A stretch of 64,000 nucleotides of DNA from Octopus sinensis (Eukaryota), in assembly GCF_006345805.1 (NCBI RefSeq), contig NC_042998.1:68324001-68388000 (forward strand), read 5' to 3'. Numbering within the stretch: the stretch's first letter is position 1; each line of letters begins with the position of its first letter. A program made the translations under genes and the position numbers. Positions 10,617 to 25,897 of this stretch are shown in pieces. The notes beneath the pieces are model-generated. The model saw nothing but the letters and a program-made list of their open reading frames with translations, was not told the DNA's origin and searched no databases.

Positions 10617-11569
10617 TATGTGTGTGTGTGTGTATGTGCGGTGAAGGTGCATGACTTAGTGGTTAAGGTGTTACACTCACAATTGCGAGATCGTAGGTTC
10701 GATTTCCAGACCAGGCGTTGTGTTCTTGAACAGAGCACTTCATTTCACGCTGACGAAATACCTATTTCTTTACTACCCACAAGGGGCTGCACACAGAGGA
10801 GACAAACAAGGACAGACAAACAGATTAAGACGATTATATCGACCCCAGTGCGTAACTGGTACTTATTTAATCGACCCCGAAGGGATGAAAGGCAAAGTCT
10901 ACCTCGGCGGAATTTGAACTCAGAACGAAGCAGCAGACGAAATACCGCTAAGCATTTCGCCCGGCGGTGCTGCCATGACATCATATATATAATATAATAT
11001 AATATAATATAATATAATTACAGTATAATATATGATAGTCCCCTACCAAATTCACTCACAAGGCTTGGGTCGGCCATAAGCTACAGCAATAGCCTCTTAC
11101 CCAGGGTGTTATGGAGTAGGACCGAACCCAAAACAAGGCTACAAATCAAGCTTTTTAACCACACAGTCATTCCTAATTCAAAAATGTTTGTTTCGTTTTA
11201 TATTTCTGTTTTCTCTATATCTTTTCTGTTGCGTCTTTCAGCCGTTGAAGTTACTAATTTGTTACATTAAAACTGGACAATAAGGTTAGGAAACGACTGA
11301 TTATTTTGATTGAAGAATAAGATAGAGTAAAATATTTAGTTTTTTTTTTTTTTTGAAAAAAACCTGAAAGTGAAGAAACGTATTTATATAAGACGACAGT
11401 TTTGAGTGATTATCATCATTTCATTGTTTCTTGTTTTCAATAAACACCAAGAAATGTTGTCGTTGAAACAATAGACGGGAAAAAGAAATCTTTCAATAAA
11501 CCACTTCTGGTTTGGTTGGTCTATCAACATTTTGTTGTTGTTTTTTATATATATTATAAATAAAAAAAA

Positions 11570-11896
11570 TTAAAAAATATATATATATATATATATATAT
11601 ATCTATAATATATATATATATGTACATGTGTGTGTGCGCGCGTATGCGTGTGTGTACATACAGAGAGAGATATAGATACATACATTATATATAATACATA
11701 TATTATATATATATATATCCATATATATATATATATATATATATATGATACATATATAAACACGCACACATATATATACATTTATACATGTGTGTTTGCG
11801 TGTGTGTATGTATATATATATACATAGATATATACATATATATATACATATATATATGTATATATATATATATATGTACACATATGTATATATATG

Positions 11897-11929
<33 letters not shown>

Positions 11930-12973
11930 GTATATGTATATGTATATGTATATATATATAGATATATGTATATGCATATACATATATATATATACATATA
12001 CATATACACACACACACATATATATATTTATATACGTGTATGCATGTGTGTGTGTGGTTATTGTCCTATCTACCTCCTTATCTACCGACACTTCCTTATC
12101 TACTGTCATTTTCTTTACATACCTGTCTTATATTTTTAATTCTTCTTGTGTTTGTTCAAATTTTTAAGTTGCTTTTCCTTCCTTCCTTCCTTCCTTCCTT
12201 TCATCAGCTTTCATCGGTTTCCTTCCATCTTTTCAACTCAAATTCACATATCTACCAATCATTCTATCCACCTATATGTGGAACCAATCTATTTATCTGT
12301 TTTTCTATCTGTAAATCCATTTATTCATCTATTTCTATATCTGCCTGTGTGTCTATTCGTTTATTTGATCTTTCTATTTGTCTATCTGTCCATCACTTCG
12401 CTTATTTATCTACCTATCTATTTACCTATCTATAAACCTATCTGTCTGTCTCTCTGACTGTCTATCCGTTATCTAACTGTGCTTGCTCAATCTTATATAT
12501 ATATCAATATCTATAAGTTTATGTTATATATAAGTATATATATATATATATATATATATAACATATATATATACATTACATATATACTATATATTACATA
12601 CATATATATATAGATATATATCAAATATATATACATATATATTATACATATATATAGTATACAAATATATATACATAATCTAGTATACATACATATATAT
12701 ATATACATATATATATACATAATATAAACATATATATACATACATATATATATACATCATATAATATATATATACATACATATATATGATAATACTACAT
12801 ATATATACATACATATATAATAAATAAATTATATATAATATACATACATATATATATATATATACAACTATATATATACTATATATTATACATAACATAT
12901 ATATATCATACATATATATATACATAAATACATATATATATAGCTAATATATATACAATATATATACATATAG

Positions 12974-13006
<33 letters not shown>

Positions 13007-13037
13007 TATTATATATATATATATATATATAATATAT

Positions 13038-13079
<42 letters not shown>

Positions 13080-13085
13080 TATATA
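11570..13085. repeat. Compound (TA)n/(TG)n/(CTAT)n microsatellite block
   Basis: Visible directly; source of the many YIYI-type ORFs. Confidence 0.95.
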
Positions 13086-13507
13086 GGCGCAGGAGTGGCT
13101 GTGTGGTAAGTAGCTTGCTAACCAACCACATGGTTGCGGGTTCAGTCCCACTGCGTGGCATCTTGGGCAAGTGTCTTCTGCTATAGCCCGGGCCGACCAA
13201 TGCCTTGTGAGTGGATTTGGTAGACGGAAACTGAAAGAAGCCTGTCGTATATATGTATGTATATATATATGTGTGTGTGTGTGTGTGTTGTTTGTGTGTC
13301 TGTGTTTGTCACCCTAGCATTGCTTGACAACCGATGCTGGTGTGTCTACGTCCCGCCACTTAGCGGTTCGGCAAAAGAGACCGATAGAATAAGTACTGGG
13401 CTTACAAAGAATAAGTTCCGGGGTCGATTTGATCGACTAAAGGCGGTGCTCCAGCATGGCCGCAGTCAAATGACTGAAACAAGTAAAAGAGTAAAAGAGT
13501 AAAAGAG
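13086..13507 (+). mobile_element. tRNA-derived SINE family A, full length
   Basis: Colinear with 7033-7488, including the internal microsatellite. Confidence 0.88.
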
Positions 13508-13516
13508 TATATATAT

Positions 13517-13556
<40 letters not shown>

Positions 13557-13557
13557 C

Positions 13558-13592
<35 letters not shown>

Positions 13593-13654
13593 CATACATA
13601 CATATATATAATATATACATACATACATACATACTAGATATATATATATATATT

Positions 13655-13687
<33 letters not shown>

Positions 13688-14193
13688 GGAGGCGCAATGG
13701 CCCCAGTGGTTGGGGGGTAGCGGACTTGCGGTCGTAGGATCGCGGGTTTCGATTCCCAGACCGGGCGTTGTGAGTGTTTATTGAACGAAAACACCTAAAG
13801 TTCCACGATGCTCCGGCAGGGGTTGATGGCGGTCCCTGCTGTACTCTTTCGCCACAACTTTCTCTCACTCTTTCTTCTGTTGGCCTGCTCGCTTAGTCAG
13901 TGGGGTGACATCATTTGAAGGCTAAAATAATGCAAAGCGCATTGTGACCAGCGATGTGTAGCAACATCTGATAGTCTGGTCGGTCACGGAGGGCAGCTAA
14001 GGCTCCACGAGGCTCCGGCAGAGGTAAGTCGAACCCTGCTGTACTCTTTCACCACAACTTTCTCTCACTCTTTCTTACTGTTTCTGTTGTACCTGTATTT
14101 CAATGGGCCAGCCTTGTCACACTCGATGTCACGCTGACTGTTCCGTTGATCGGATCAACTGGAACCCTCGTCGTCGCAACGACGGAGTGCCGC

Positions 14194-14195
<2 letters not shown>
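13688..14195 (+). mobile_element. tRNA-derived SINE family B, composite of two tail variants
   Basis: Head GGAGGCGCAATGGCCC(C)AGTGGTT...GGGTTTCGATTCCC. The first tail matches 32447-32570; the second matches 28740-28970 and 58440-58670. Confidence 0.8.
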
Positions 14196-14239
<44 letters not shown>

Positions 14240-14247
<8 letters not shown>

Positions 14248-14419
14248 GAAAATAAGACAAAATAGAAAATGCTAAAATGATTTTAGGACCAGTTTCAGTC
14301 TTTGCGACTTTTTCAACTTAGAGTAAAGCATAAAAAACAATTAAATTGTCGAAAAATTAAATGAAATGTTTTTAAAAATATTTCCATAGTTTCAAATACA
14401 AGGGACATTTTCCTTTTTT

Positions 14420-14469
<50 letters not shown>

Positions 14470-15400
14470 TTCTCTTTTAGTCTTCTAAAGTTGTGAAGGC
14501 TTCATAGTATGTAGTAGGTAGTGGCAGTCTTAATAGAATATTTGATATGAGTTTTTGGTTTTGATTGTTTAAGCAGCAGGTACGATATTGTATCGTTTTT
14601 AATATTTGCGTGGGTATTATTCTAAGGCCCTTGTAACAGTGTCATTTATGGTGGGTTCATATTGAAAAGGGGTTATATTTTGTAATAAAATACGTCGCTT
14701 TGCTAATGCGTTGATTAGCAAAGCGACGTATTTTATTACAAAATATAAACCCCTTTTCAATATGAACCCACCATAAATGACACTGTTACAAGGGCCTTAG
14801 AATAATACCCACGCAAATATTAAAAACGATACATTCAGAACAGTCACTACCTATGAATCTATTCAGAACAATGCCAATGACTACCATTACAACCACAACA
14901 GGTCACTTATAGGTCACTTGACCATTTAAGAGGATTCCACCAACATCCTACTACTGTCATACCACTCCTGTATTTTTCTTATCCTTTCTCTTCTTTTCCT
15001 ACTCCCTCTTCTTCTTCTTCTTTCTTCTTCTTCTTCTTCCTTCTTCTTCGCCACCGCCGCCTCCTTCCTCGGCTACTGCCCCTTAAACAATCAAAACCAA
15101 GAACTCATATAAAATATTCTTTTAGGACTGCTACTGCCTACTACCTACTACCAAGGATGACTACTACCAAGCCTTCACAAGAGTAAAAAAAAAAGAGAGA
15201 CAGACTGACAGAAAGAAGGAAAATGTGCCTTGTATTTGAAAACTATGGAAATATTTTTAAAAAGCATTACATTTTAACTTTTCCACAATTTAATTGTTTT
15301 TGATGCTTTCCTCTAAGTTGAAAAAGTCGCAAAGACTAAAACAGATATTGAAATGTTCTTCATGATAAAATTATTTTACCATGTTCTATCTTGTCTTATC
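14240..15400. mobile_element. PLE 3'-end remnants in inverted arrangement
   Basis: Near-perfect IR 14589-14707/14714-14833 encodes KATYFITKYKPLFN (GIY-YIG C-terminal-like). Older diverged IR arms lie at ~14270-14580 and ~15080-15350, each with a decayed HHR-like motif. Confidence 0.6.
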
Positions 15401-15437
15401 AATTCGAGTGTTCCTTTTCAACCTTCTACGTATATAC

Positions 15438-15506
<69 letters not shown>

Positions 15507-15540
15507 CATACATACATACATACATACATACATACATACA

Positions 15541-15576
<36 letters not shown>

Positions 15577-15629
15577 TACATGTACATATATATACATATA
15601 TATGTACATGTATATATATGTATATATAT

Positions 15630-18600
15630 ATATATATATTTATAAAATTGAGTTTGTGTGTGTGTCTGTGTGTCAGTGTGTCTGTGTGTCAGTGAGTCTG
15701 TGTGTGTAGACATTTATGTTTTTTAGAGAAATCCACATTCAATGTCCGATTGATCTCAAATTTTATACCCATACTCCATAAGGTCAGAGCTAGGTCATGG
15801 CGAAGAAATCACCCCCGTGACCTGCACGCATGATCGGGGACATACACATAAAGTGACCTTATGTGCACGTGTGATGCTGAAGTTTTGTTCACGCTTTGAT
15901 TGCTCCGTTTTACACGTTAATGTGTTGTTTGGGGGGAAAGAGAAAAAAGGCTCATGTACAAACACGTTTTGCACCTTTAGTTACCCTTTTGGCACATTTT
16001 TTGGCCCAATAAATGAAGCACTTACCCTTTCTTTGCCAGGGATCAATGTAATGCTACCTTTAAAAAACCAGTTGCAGAACGTTTAGTCATTACATTTCCG
16101 GTAGCTTCGCCCGATAATCAGTTTTAGGTTAGACTCGGTGGTAAGACAGCTGCTAAAACATTACTTACAACTGCTAGGGCGCCCATGTTACACCCAAACG
16201 TCCTATAGCAGGGACAGGCCGCTTTCCGGCTTCCGATGGATGTCTTACCTTTCATTGCCATCTTTTTCCTTGAGGAGACCCTGGGCTACATTATACTACA
16301 GAATTACGCATTTCACATCGCGGAAAAGGCAGACTCGTATATGTAAACACACCCATACAAATATACTCACAAAAACACACATATATGTATATGTTAATTT
16401 CAATTCGTTTAAGCAGGCTTCACCCAAATAGGAGTAACAACTTGACCTCCTGCTTTCCAATGTTGCTGATCACGGCAAGAAACTAAAAAGTGGGCAGCAC
16501 TATTGAACTTCCTCCTTCATCGAAACCAAATCAAATTCTTATGAATGGCCATTGATCTCACTGGTAGTGCCCCAGCATGACCATAGCCTTTGGGCTGAAA
16601 TGCAAAGAAGAATAAAAGGAAGAGTATCATATTTTCCCTATGCATTGTGCATGAAAATTAGTTATGTGAAATCTTAATTTCTTTCTCTGAGAGTCGCTCA
16701 CAATTGCTGATCGCTTTTCTTTCTCCCGCTAACGGCCATGTTTCATTTTATTTGCAAATTTCAGTTCACGATGTACGGTCTATGGCCTACTTAAATTATC
16801 TCCCTTAAACATTTTTTTTAAGTGAGGAAAGGCTGTGCACTGAGTCAATCCCACTCACTAAGCAACAGCATCCATAATCCGAAAAGAAGAACAAGTCAAC
16901 ATCATCGGTAACCACTGAGCCGCAGGTTTTATGTCGGAGTTATCCCAGTTACCTGAGTTACCTTCTCCTAGAAGGATGCCCTAACAAAGGCTAGGAGTCC
17001 TTCACACCCAATGGTTTAACCGCGCGATCGGGTATTCAGTCTTGCACAGGCATTGCACGATAACAACATTGATTGATTGATTAAATTGATTAACTAATGC
17101 ATGATTGTTGATGGCGCTGTGAGTCTCAACTGAATGGCTGACTGTAGCCTTAAAAAGCAAAAAATCAATGATGTACCAAAAAGGTACATGAAGCCCAGTT
17201 ACAACAACAGCCGGCTATTACCGGTAAAGGTTTTAGTAGCCAATTCTGTACAAGACATTGTAGATCTTTAGCTGGGCTAAAAAGTCACATTCGATCACAG
17301 CACCAGTAACAGTTAAGCTTCGTGCAATGGCCTTACTCGATAACGAGAGGGCAGCCATAATGTACGTATGTATGAATATGTCTACATATGTACATATACA
17401 TGTATACAGACACAAACACCCATTGCGCCACGGGACGCCTTTAATACCAACAGAGTTAATACGTGAAACGTCCTATGACACTGAAGCCCTTAATAATCAA
17501 TACATCCAGCAAAATGAGCCCAAACTTCTGCCTGAGCAACAGTGGGCTTACAGTACCATCTTTGACCACATGCAGAAACGAAAAGGGGTATTGTTCTTTT
17601 CTTGATGCACCTAGAGTGACAGGAAAAAACGTTTGTTATTCAGCTTCTTACTAAAGACCGAAAAGACGTAGCCGTAGCTGTGGCCTCCTCTGGCATTGCA
17701 GCAACTTTACTGCCCGGTGGCAGGACAGCGCACTCAACCTTTAAGCTACCAATTGATTTGGCAAGGTCCGAAGTGCCTTCCTGTAACATCACCGATAGGT
17801 CTGAAAAGGGTTTGCTTCTCCGGAGTTGCTAGCTGATAGTTTGGGATGAATGCACAATGGCCCACAAGCGATCCCTCGAAGCTCTCAACACCACTCTTCA
17901 AGACATTAGAGACTGTCCCGCTACGATGGGTGGAATAACTCTCCTCCTGTCTGGCGATTTCCGACAAACGCTTCCTGTAATACTCAAGGGAACTAGGCCA
18001 GATGTAGTCAAGGCCTGCCTAAAGTCCTCCCCACTGTGGAAAAATGTTACAACATTGTCTCTCATAACAAACATGAGAGCGCGGTTTCGTGGTGACCAGA
18101 TGGCATCAGATATTGCATCTGACATATTGTTGATCGGAAACGGTGTTGTTCCGCTCGATGAAAACGGAGAACTGTCACTAACTCACCTCTGCACCACTGT
18201 CAGTAATTCCGATGATCTAGAGGCACGTTTTTCCAAATCTACAAAGGAACTACCTTGACATGAATTGGATTTCTGAAAGAGCCATTTTGGCTCCAAAAAA
18301 CAGCACAGTGGTCGCTCTCAGCGCTAAGTTGCTGCATTAGCTTCCCGGAAGGCTGCACGTGTACGGGTCAATCGATTCTGTACCCGACGACGACCAGGCA
18401 GTGAAATATCCAGTGGAGTTTCTTAATTCTCTTGCAAAGGAGAGGACGTTTTCATCCCCAGAATCCCACTCATTCCATCTGATGCAGATATTCCCTTTGC
18501 ATTTCGCCGTCTGCAGTTCCCGCTTAGACTATATTTTGCAATGTCAATCAGTAAGTCACAGGGGCAGACACTATCGGTGGCAGGGCTGCATTTAGATGAA

Positions 18601-19570
18601 TCATGCTTCTCACACGGTCAGCTATACGTCGGTTGTTCCCGGGTGGGAAGCAAGAAAAGTCTCTTCGTTTACTCACCCCGGGGTAGAACGAAAAATATTG
18701 TCTACCAAGAGGTATTAGGATGAGGCTTTGTAACTGTTTGCACTGTGAAAAGGTAACGTACAGCTTCACAAACCAGCTGATTTAGACATCATCCTCTCAG
18801 ACGTAATGGGCTTTACAGCCGCTTTTACTCTAAAACTAACAGCACACAATCAGCCCATTTCACAAAGAGAAACCTATTAAGTTACTCCCTCTTAGAGCAG
18901 CATTTGGGTTTTTTTACAAAATGTAGGAGAGATAATTACTCCAACAATGGCTTAAGGGGCGATCGAGCATCTTTAAGAACGTAACTTCAACCGATCAGTG
19001 TTTTCTTATGCGCTTCTAATGCATTCAATGTGTAAGCAGAAAGGAGGCATGCAATGTTACGCCAATTAACTGGTAGAGGCTTATGAAAAGGGCAGAGATA
19101 CATAGAACGCATTCGCGGTAGTAGTTTCGGGCACTCTGCGACATAAGTGGTGTGGACAAACATTCAACGTCGATACTACCCGTACGTCATGACAACTAAT
19201 CAACATTCAATAATTCTCCCCATTTTAATGACGTATTAATGATTGTTTAAACAGTTCAATCCCCAAAACTGCTCACGGGCAGCAGTTATACAGAGAGGTA
19301 TACAACGCGAGTCACTACATGGACGGACAAACACTTATTTGTCATAGACTTATTGATGTCAGATTGCTTTGTCAACTCTGACCTTAACCTAAATATAACT
19401 CTATAAAACTTTGGAATGCCCAATTCATTTTTGCACTACCGATTCAGGTCCGGAATGCTGTAATAACTAGGCCCTCTAAATATTTACTACTAGACCCTAT
19501 AATAATTACTACTACACCCTCTAAATATTTACTACTTTCTGACCCGTGCAACAACAGGTATTATTGCTAG
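15630..19570 (+). mobile_element. Non-autonomous Helitron with helicase remnant
   Basis: 3' end ACCCGTGCAACAACAGGTATTATTGCTAG|T. The 5' region TATAAAATTGAGTTTGTGTG..TCTGTGTG resembles the other Helitron starts here; the exact 5' end is lost in (TA)n. Confidence 0.6.
17430..18723 (+). pseudogene. PIF1-like SF1 helicase remnant (Helitron RepHel C-terminus)
   Basis: LFFLDAP..TGK, VASSGIAATLLPGGRTAHSTFKLP, LIVWDECTMAHK, LLSGDFRQTLPVI, MSISKSQGQTL and FSHGQLYVGCSRV, with stops and frameshifts. Confidence 0.92.
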
Positions 19571-19614
19571 TATACATATATATATATATTATATTATATA
19601 TATATATATATAAA

Positions 19615-19959
19615 GGGTAAAGACCCCCTTCGGTCAGGCACTGACCATGGGTTTGCACCTAGAGAGATACCCTCTGAGGCACAAGTCTGGGCAAGTTTGT
19701 TTTTTTTATGGAGGACTAGCAGTCGCCCATGCATACCGGCCTCCCCTCTCCACGTCACCGATGTTGTCCAAGGGAGGCAAGGGCCGATACAGCTTGGCAC
19801 TGTGACGTCGCAACTCATTTCTACAGCTGAGTGAACTGGAGCAACGTGAAATACAGTGCCTTGCTCAAGAACACAACACGCAGCCCCGTCCGGGATTCGA
19901 GCTCACAAACCTCACGATCGTAAGCTCGACGCTCTAACCACTGAGCCATGCGCCTTCAC
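19615..19959 (-). mobile_element. tRNA-derived SINE (family E head, CORE/Meta-type body)
   Basis: GTGAAGGCGCATGGCTCAGTGGTTAGAGCG...GAGCTCGAATCCC then GTGTTCTTGAGCAAGGCAC. Related heads at 10638(+), 47060(+), ~57330-57495(-) and 59160-59445(-). Confidence 0.75.
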
Positions 19960-19961
19960 TG

Positions 19962-20625
<664 letters not shown>

Positions 20626-21479
20626 TAAGAATACCTATCTATCCATCTATCTATCTATCTGTTCTATCTATCCTCCTCACTATCTAGCTATCTATCTATC
20701 TATCCTCATCCCTATCTATTTATCTATCTATCCATCTATCTATATAATTAGCAATCCATCTATCTGTCTATCTATTTATCTATCTATCTACCTTTCGTCC
20801 AATCTAGGTCCTCTGTCAAGCATCCACTTCGTTTTCCAAACACTTGAGCATCCTCGTTCCTCATCTTTTCTTTTATCATTATTCATGTCCACATAAACTT
20901 CTTCCTACCCCCTTTCTTCCCTCCCTCTCTTCTTTCTCTCTCTTTCCCTTCTTTCTCTCACTAACTCTCCCCTCTCTCCTCTCATCTCTCCCTCTGCCCA
21001 TTATTCCCTTCCTACTTATCCATTTTTTTCTTAACTTACGTCCTTGACTGTATTCTCATATACTTCAGTTATCCTGTTAACCTTTTTGTTTGTTGTTTTT
21101 ACATTTTTTCTTTGCTTTTTACTTCAAAAGGTTTAGATTGCTGTTCTTCCAATATATTTCTTTCTTCATTATTTCTTTTTCTTTTCCACCCATTTTTTTC
21201 AATTTGTCTCTCTTCTGGTCTAATTATTTACCTTTCCGTTTGGTTGCTATAAAAATTTGCCCGACACACTATTTTCAAATTTCTTTATCCTAGTATGTGC
21301 GTGTGCGCGTGTGTGTAAATGTGTGTGTGCGTTGGTGTGTGTGTACATATAGGTAGATGAATATATACACTTACATAAACGTAGATGGATAGGTAGACAT
21401 ATATATATATTACTCAGTGTAGCTTTCATTTTGTGAATCAGTTTATGTATCTATATATCTACCAATATATATGTGTGTA

Positions 21480-21538
<59 letters not shown>

Positions 21539-21689
21539 ATATATAATATATATATTTACACAAGTACATATATATCTATATACATACGCAAAAAAATATG
21601 TTCATACACATACAACATATATGTATGTATATATATCTATATATATATATATATGTATCGAAGACGATGAATGAGGGTTCAGTAAATAA

Positions 21690-22385
21690 CCTGCAACAAT
21701 TCCTAAGCCTTGTGACACCGCATGTGTACCTTCAATCCAGCAGATGTCTTGCACACTTTCTCACAAATGGTACACCTGCATGTATTCGTTGGTTCAAAAT
21801 GTCTTCTCGAGTGAACAGCTAACCCAGCTTTGCTTCGTGCTTTAAACCCACAGTGACACACACAGTCATTGTTTGGTGGATTTTGCTGATGCGTTGCTTT
21901 CAAATTTGCACGAAGAGCGTCCCTATGACGAAGACGGTTACTTTCAAATTCTCTAGTCTTTAGAAAATACCTTTTCCTCCATTTGCTGCGATCCCCTGCT
22001 GCACTCTCCCAAGAGCTCAGAGCAATGTCGCAACGCTTCAGATTGCCTTTTAGTTTGTCCTTGTAACGAAGAAGAGGACGCCCTGTTGGACGGGAAGAAT
22101 TTGTCAATTGCCCATAAAAAAGCTACTTTGGAACTCTTGAGTCATCCATTCTTACGAGATGACCAGACCACCGCATTTGTATCTTAATCAAAAAGGTTTC
22201 AATACCAGTGATCTCACACCTCTCTAGTAACTCACTATTTCGAACATGATCTTGCCATTTAACATTGCAAATAGAACGCAGACATCACATATGGAAGGAA
22301 TCAAGCTGATTGATATCCTTGCGATACAAGGTCCACGTTTCGGCACCATACAGAAGCGTAGATAGAACAACAGATTTGTAGACTG
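21690..22385 (-). pseudogene. RTE-clade LINE 3' remnant with C2H2 zinc fingers
   Basis: [61 protein letters not shown] and CTICEKVCKTSAGLKVHMRCH. Confidence 0.9.
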
Positions 22386-22386
22386 C

Positions 22387-22398
22387 TATATATATACA

Positions 22399-22429
<31 letters not shown>

Positions 22430-22441
22430 TATAATATATAC

Positions 22442-22494
<53 letters not shown>

Positions 22495-22508
22495 CATATA
22501 ATATATAC

Positions 22509-22539
<31 letters not shown>

Positions 22540-22574
22540 CATATATATATATATTATACATATATATATAATAA

Positions 22575-22606
<32 letters not shown>

Positions 22607-22664
22607 CATATATAATATATATATATACATATATATACATATATACATATATATACATATATAC

Positions 22665-22698
<34 letters not shown>

Positions 22699-22737
22699 CA
22701 TATATATATATACACATATATATACATATATACATAC

Positions 22738-22786
<49 letters not shown>

Positions 22787-22818
22787 CACATATATATATA
22801 TATATATATACACATATA

Positions 22819-22852
<34 letters not shown>

Positions 22853-23333
22853 CACATATATATATATATATATAATACACATATATATATATATACACAT
22901 ATATATAATTATACACATATATATATATATATATATACAACACTATAATATATATATATATTCATATATATATATACATATATACATATATATATACATA
23001 TATATATACATATAATATACATATATATAACATATATCATATATATATATATATATACATATATACATATATATATACATATATATATACATATATATAT
23101 ACATATAATATACTATATATACATATATATATATATACATATATATATACATATATATATACATATACATATATACATATAATACATATATATATACATA
23201 TATAATATAATTATATACATATATATATACATATATATATACATATATATATACATATAATACAATATATATATAAATATATCATAATTATACATATATA
23301 CATATATATATACATATATACATATATATATAT

Positions 23334-23374
<41 letters not shown>

Positions 23375-23810
23375 CATATATATATATATATACATATATA
23401 TTATATATATATATAATACATATATACATATATATATACATATATACATATATATATACATATATACATATATATATACACATATATATATACATATATA
23501 CATATATATATACATATAACATATATATATACATATATACATATATATATACATATATATATATATACATATATATCTACATATATATATATACATATAA
23601 TACATATTATATACATATATATTATATATACATATATATATATATACATATTATATACATATATATATACATATATATATACATATTATATACATAATAT
23701 ATACATATATATATACATATATATTACATATATATATATATATATATATACATATATATATACAATATATATATATATATATATACATATATATATACAT
23801 ATTATATATA

Positions 23811-23880
<70 letters not shown>
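22387..23880. repeat. ~1.5-kb (TA)n/(TATACA)n microsatellite
   Basis: Visible directly. Confidence 0.97.
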
Positions 23881-23881
<1 letters not shown>

Positions 23882-24529
23882 AAGAGAGGCAAACAGTCAG
23901 ACAGACAGACTCAACTGTTGAATCCAGAGATGTGAATACAGGTTGAGTGAAAAGTAAGTAGGCATCAAAAATTGGTAATAAAATCCATATTCTTCAAATG
24001 TAAATAATGTAAATAATGTACATAATCCCTCATCTCTTAAATACAGAACTACATTTGGGCACTTAATTTTAAAATTCTAATTTTCTGACCTATGTTCCAA
24101 ACTTTTGGCCACTGCTGTAAATGTTCTCAGTGATGTTCATATTTTCAAGATGGCTAACTTCTATGGTTGTAAATGCTGCTTGTGTTTCAAATGTTTATGT
24201 CAAACATTTTAGATTTGTACTTTGTAGAAGTTTTCATGGCAATGTTCCACCAAAATTCCTTGTCTTGATACATATGCATATATTCACTAACAGGGGCGTT
24301 GTCCATCTGCTAGAGCAGTGTTTTGTGTAGAAGGAATTGTAAATTGTTTTAGCAACAACAGCATGTCTCAATGGAAAGTAATAATTATAACATTTTTTAA
24401 TAATTGCTGATTATATGTATATCTTCTACAAAGCTGTGATATAATCGACATTTTCGGATTCAACTTGGGAGTTTAAGGGCTTTACTGTCTCATTTATATA
24501 TATATCTTCGCGATCTCCCTCTCTTGGAT

Positions 24530-24620
24530 TACAAAAACATATCCTTCAAGATGTGACGTAATACAACGGTTTGCAGTCCAACACAAGTTACACTTCCTGT
24601 TAATATTTTTATCATATTGA
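24530..24620 (-). pseudogene. Short PLE endonuclease C-terminal fragment
   Basis: RKCNLCW......H....V.Q.REI weakly matches the CxLC..EK...N.R.E motif. Confidence 0.4.
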
Positions 24621-25064
24621 AGGTGGCGAGCTGGCCCACACGTTGCAAGCCGGGAAAAATGCTTAGCAACATTTCGTCCTTCTTCAGGTTCTGAGTTCAT
24701 ATTTCGACGAGGTTCACTTAACCTTTTATCCTTTTAGGATCAATAAAATAAGTACCAGTTGAGCACTGGGGTCGATGTAATCAACTTAACTCCTCCAAAA
24801 TTGCTGGATTTGTGTCGGACTTTGAAACCAATATTATCAATTGGTTTATGTGGGTGGTGGTGGTAATGATGATATGAAGATGGTGAGGTAGCAGTGGTCA
24901 TGCTGGTGAATATAATTACTGAGTCTACTACTGAATTTCTCAAGTGGAATTTGTTCTTATCCCTGCTGGCAGACAATATCTCAAACCTTTTGTAGAACAT
25001 ATCGAATGCTAAATATTTCTGCAAGGTATAACTTGAAGTGGATTAAGAGTTCTCAATAAAATCT

Positions 25065-25490
25065 TCAATACGAACAATGTTAATGTTAGCTACAGCTGCT
25101 TCAATAATTGAGAACCACAAATATAAAACCAACACGAAAAAAAACTAGTAATAGAAGCCCATCCAGGGAAAATGCAGTTTCAAATATCACTTCTTGCCTA
25201 CTTAACGGAAACTATTTCCTAAAGTGCTTTCTTATAAAACAAAGATAAAACTGCTGAGACTACTTAAAAGAATTAGATGTGATTAACAGAAAGAAGACCA
25301 TGCATTCAAAGCCAGAGCAAGAATGAATTCTACTTCTGACTGAAAACTGAAGGATTGTGGAATTAACAATATTACAATTAACTGGAGTATTATTGAAACA
25401 GGAAGTCAATATTAAAAATGGAGCAAAGAGATGTAATCTGTGTTCCATGGAGAAGTATAGCATCATAGCTCAACTATCAGTTTGAAAAGT
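25065..25490 (+). pseudogene. Decayed Hydra-like PLE linker/GIY-YIG remnant
   Basis: NKIFNTNNVNVSYSC; C.LNGN; LKDCGINNITINWSII; KRCNLCSMEKYSII. Confidence 0.75.
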
Positions 25491-25846
25491 TCTATACAGA
25501 CATATATGCATATATTTATGAATATATTATATATATATATATAATATATATATTATAATATATACATAAAATATATATATATATATATATCAAAGTGAGG
25601 ATAAAATTCTTTTCGAAAAAAATATTTTCTCGAAAACAATTTTATCAATGGCCAGCATATTAAAAAATACCTTTAACGGTTAAATTTATAAACAATTCAT
25701 AAATGAGGGCAAAGGAAAAAAATTCTAATGCCAAATATGCCGAAAAGTTGGACATATTGTCCATTAACCATATAATTTTTTCACAATACGCACGCTACTC
25801 GAAAGAAGGCTGACAGAAATTTCTAAAAAATTCCCATTATTACCAT

Positions 25847-25897
25847 ATCGGACCGATTTCAGAGTTAGCTACTAAGGGCCCTCTCTTCGTCAGTGAT
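25847..25897 (-). ncRNA. Type I hammerhead motif
   Basis: ATCA-CTGACGA-AGAG..CTCT-GAAA-TCGG-TC-CGAT, with an A.C mismatch at the first stem I pair. Confidence 0.65.

Noticed and set aside
16930-17050. Possible HDV-like ribozyme in an RTE 5'-UTR-like segment (minus strand)
   Set aside because: A P4-like hairpin (CCTTCT/AGAAGG) is present, but I could not build P1/P2 or find the catalytic C.
21703-21860. Tandem C2H2 fingers as a cephalopod ZNF gene
   Set aside because: They are contiguous with RTE RT C-terminal motifs and so belong to the LINE.
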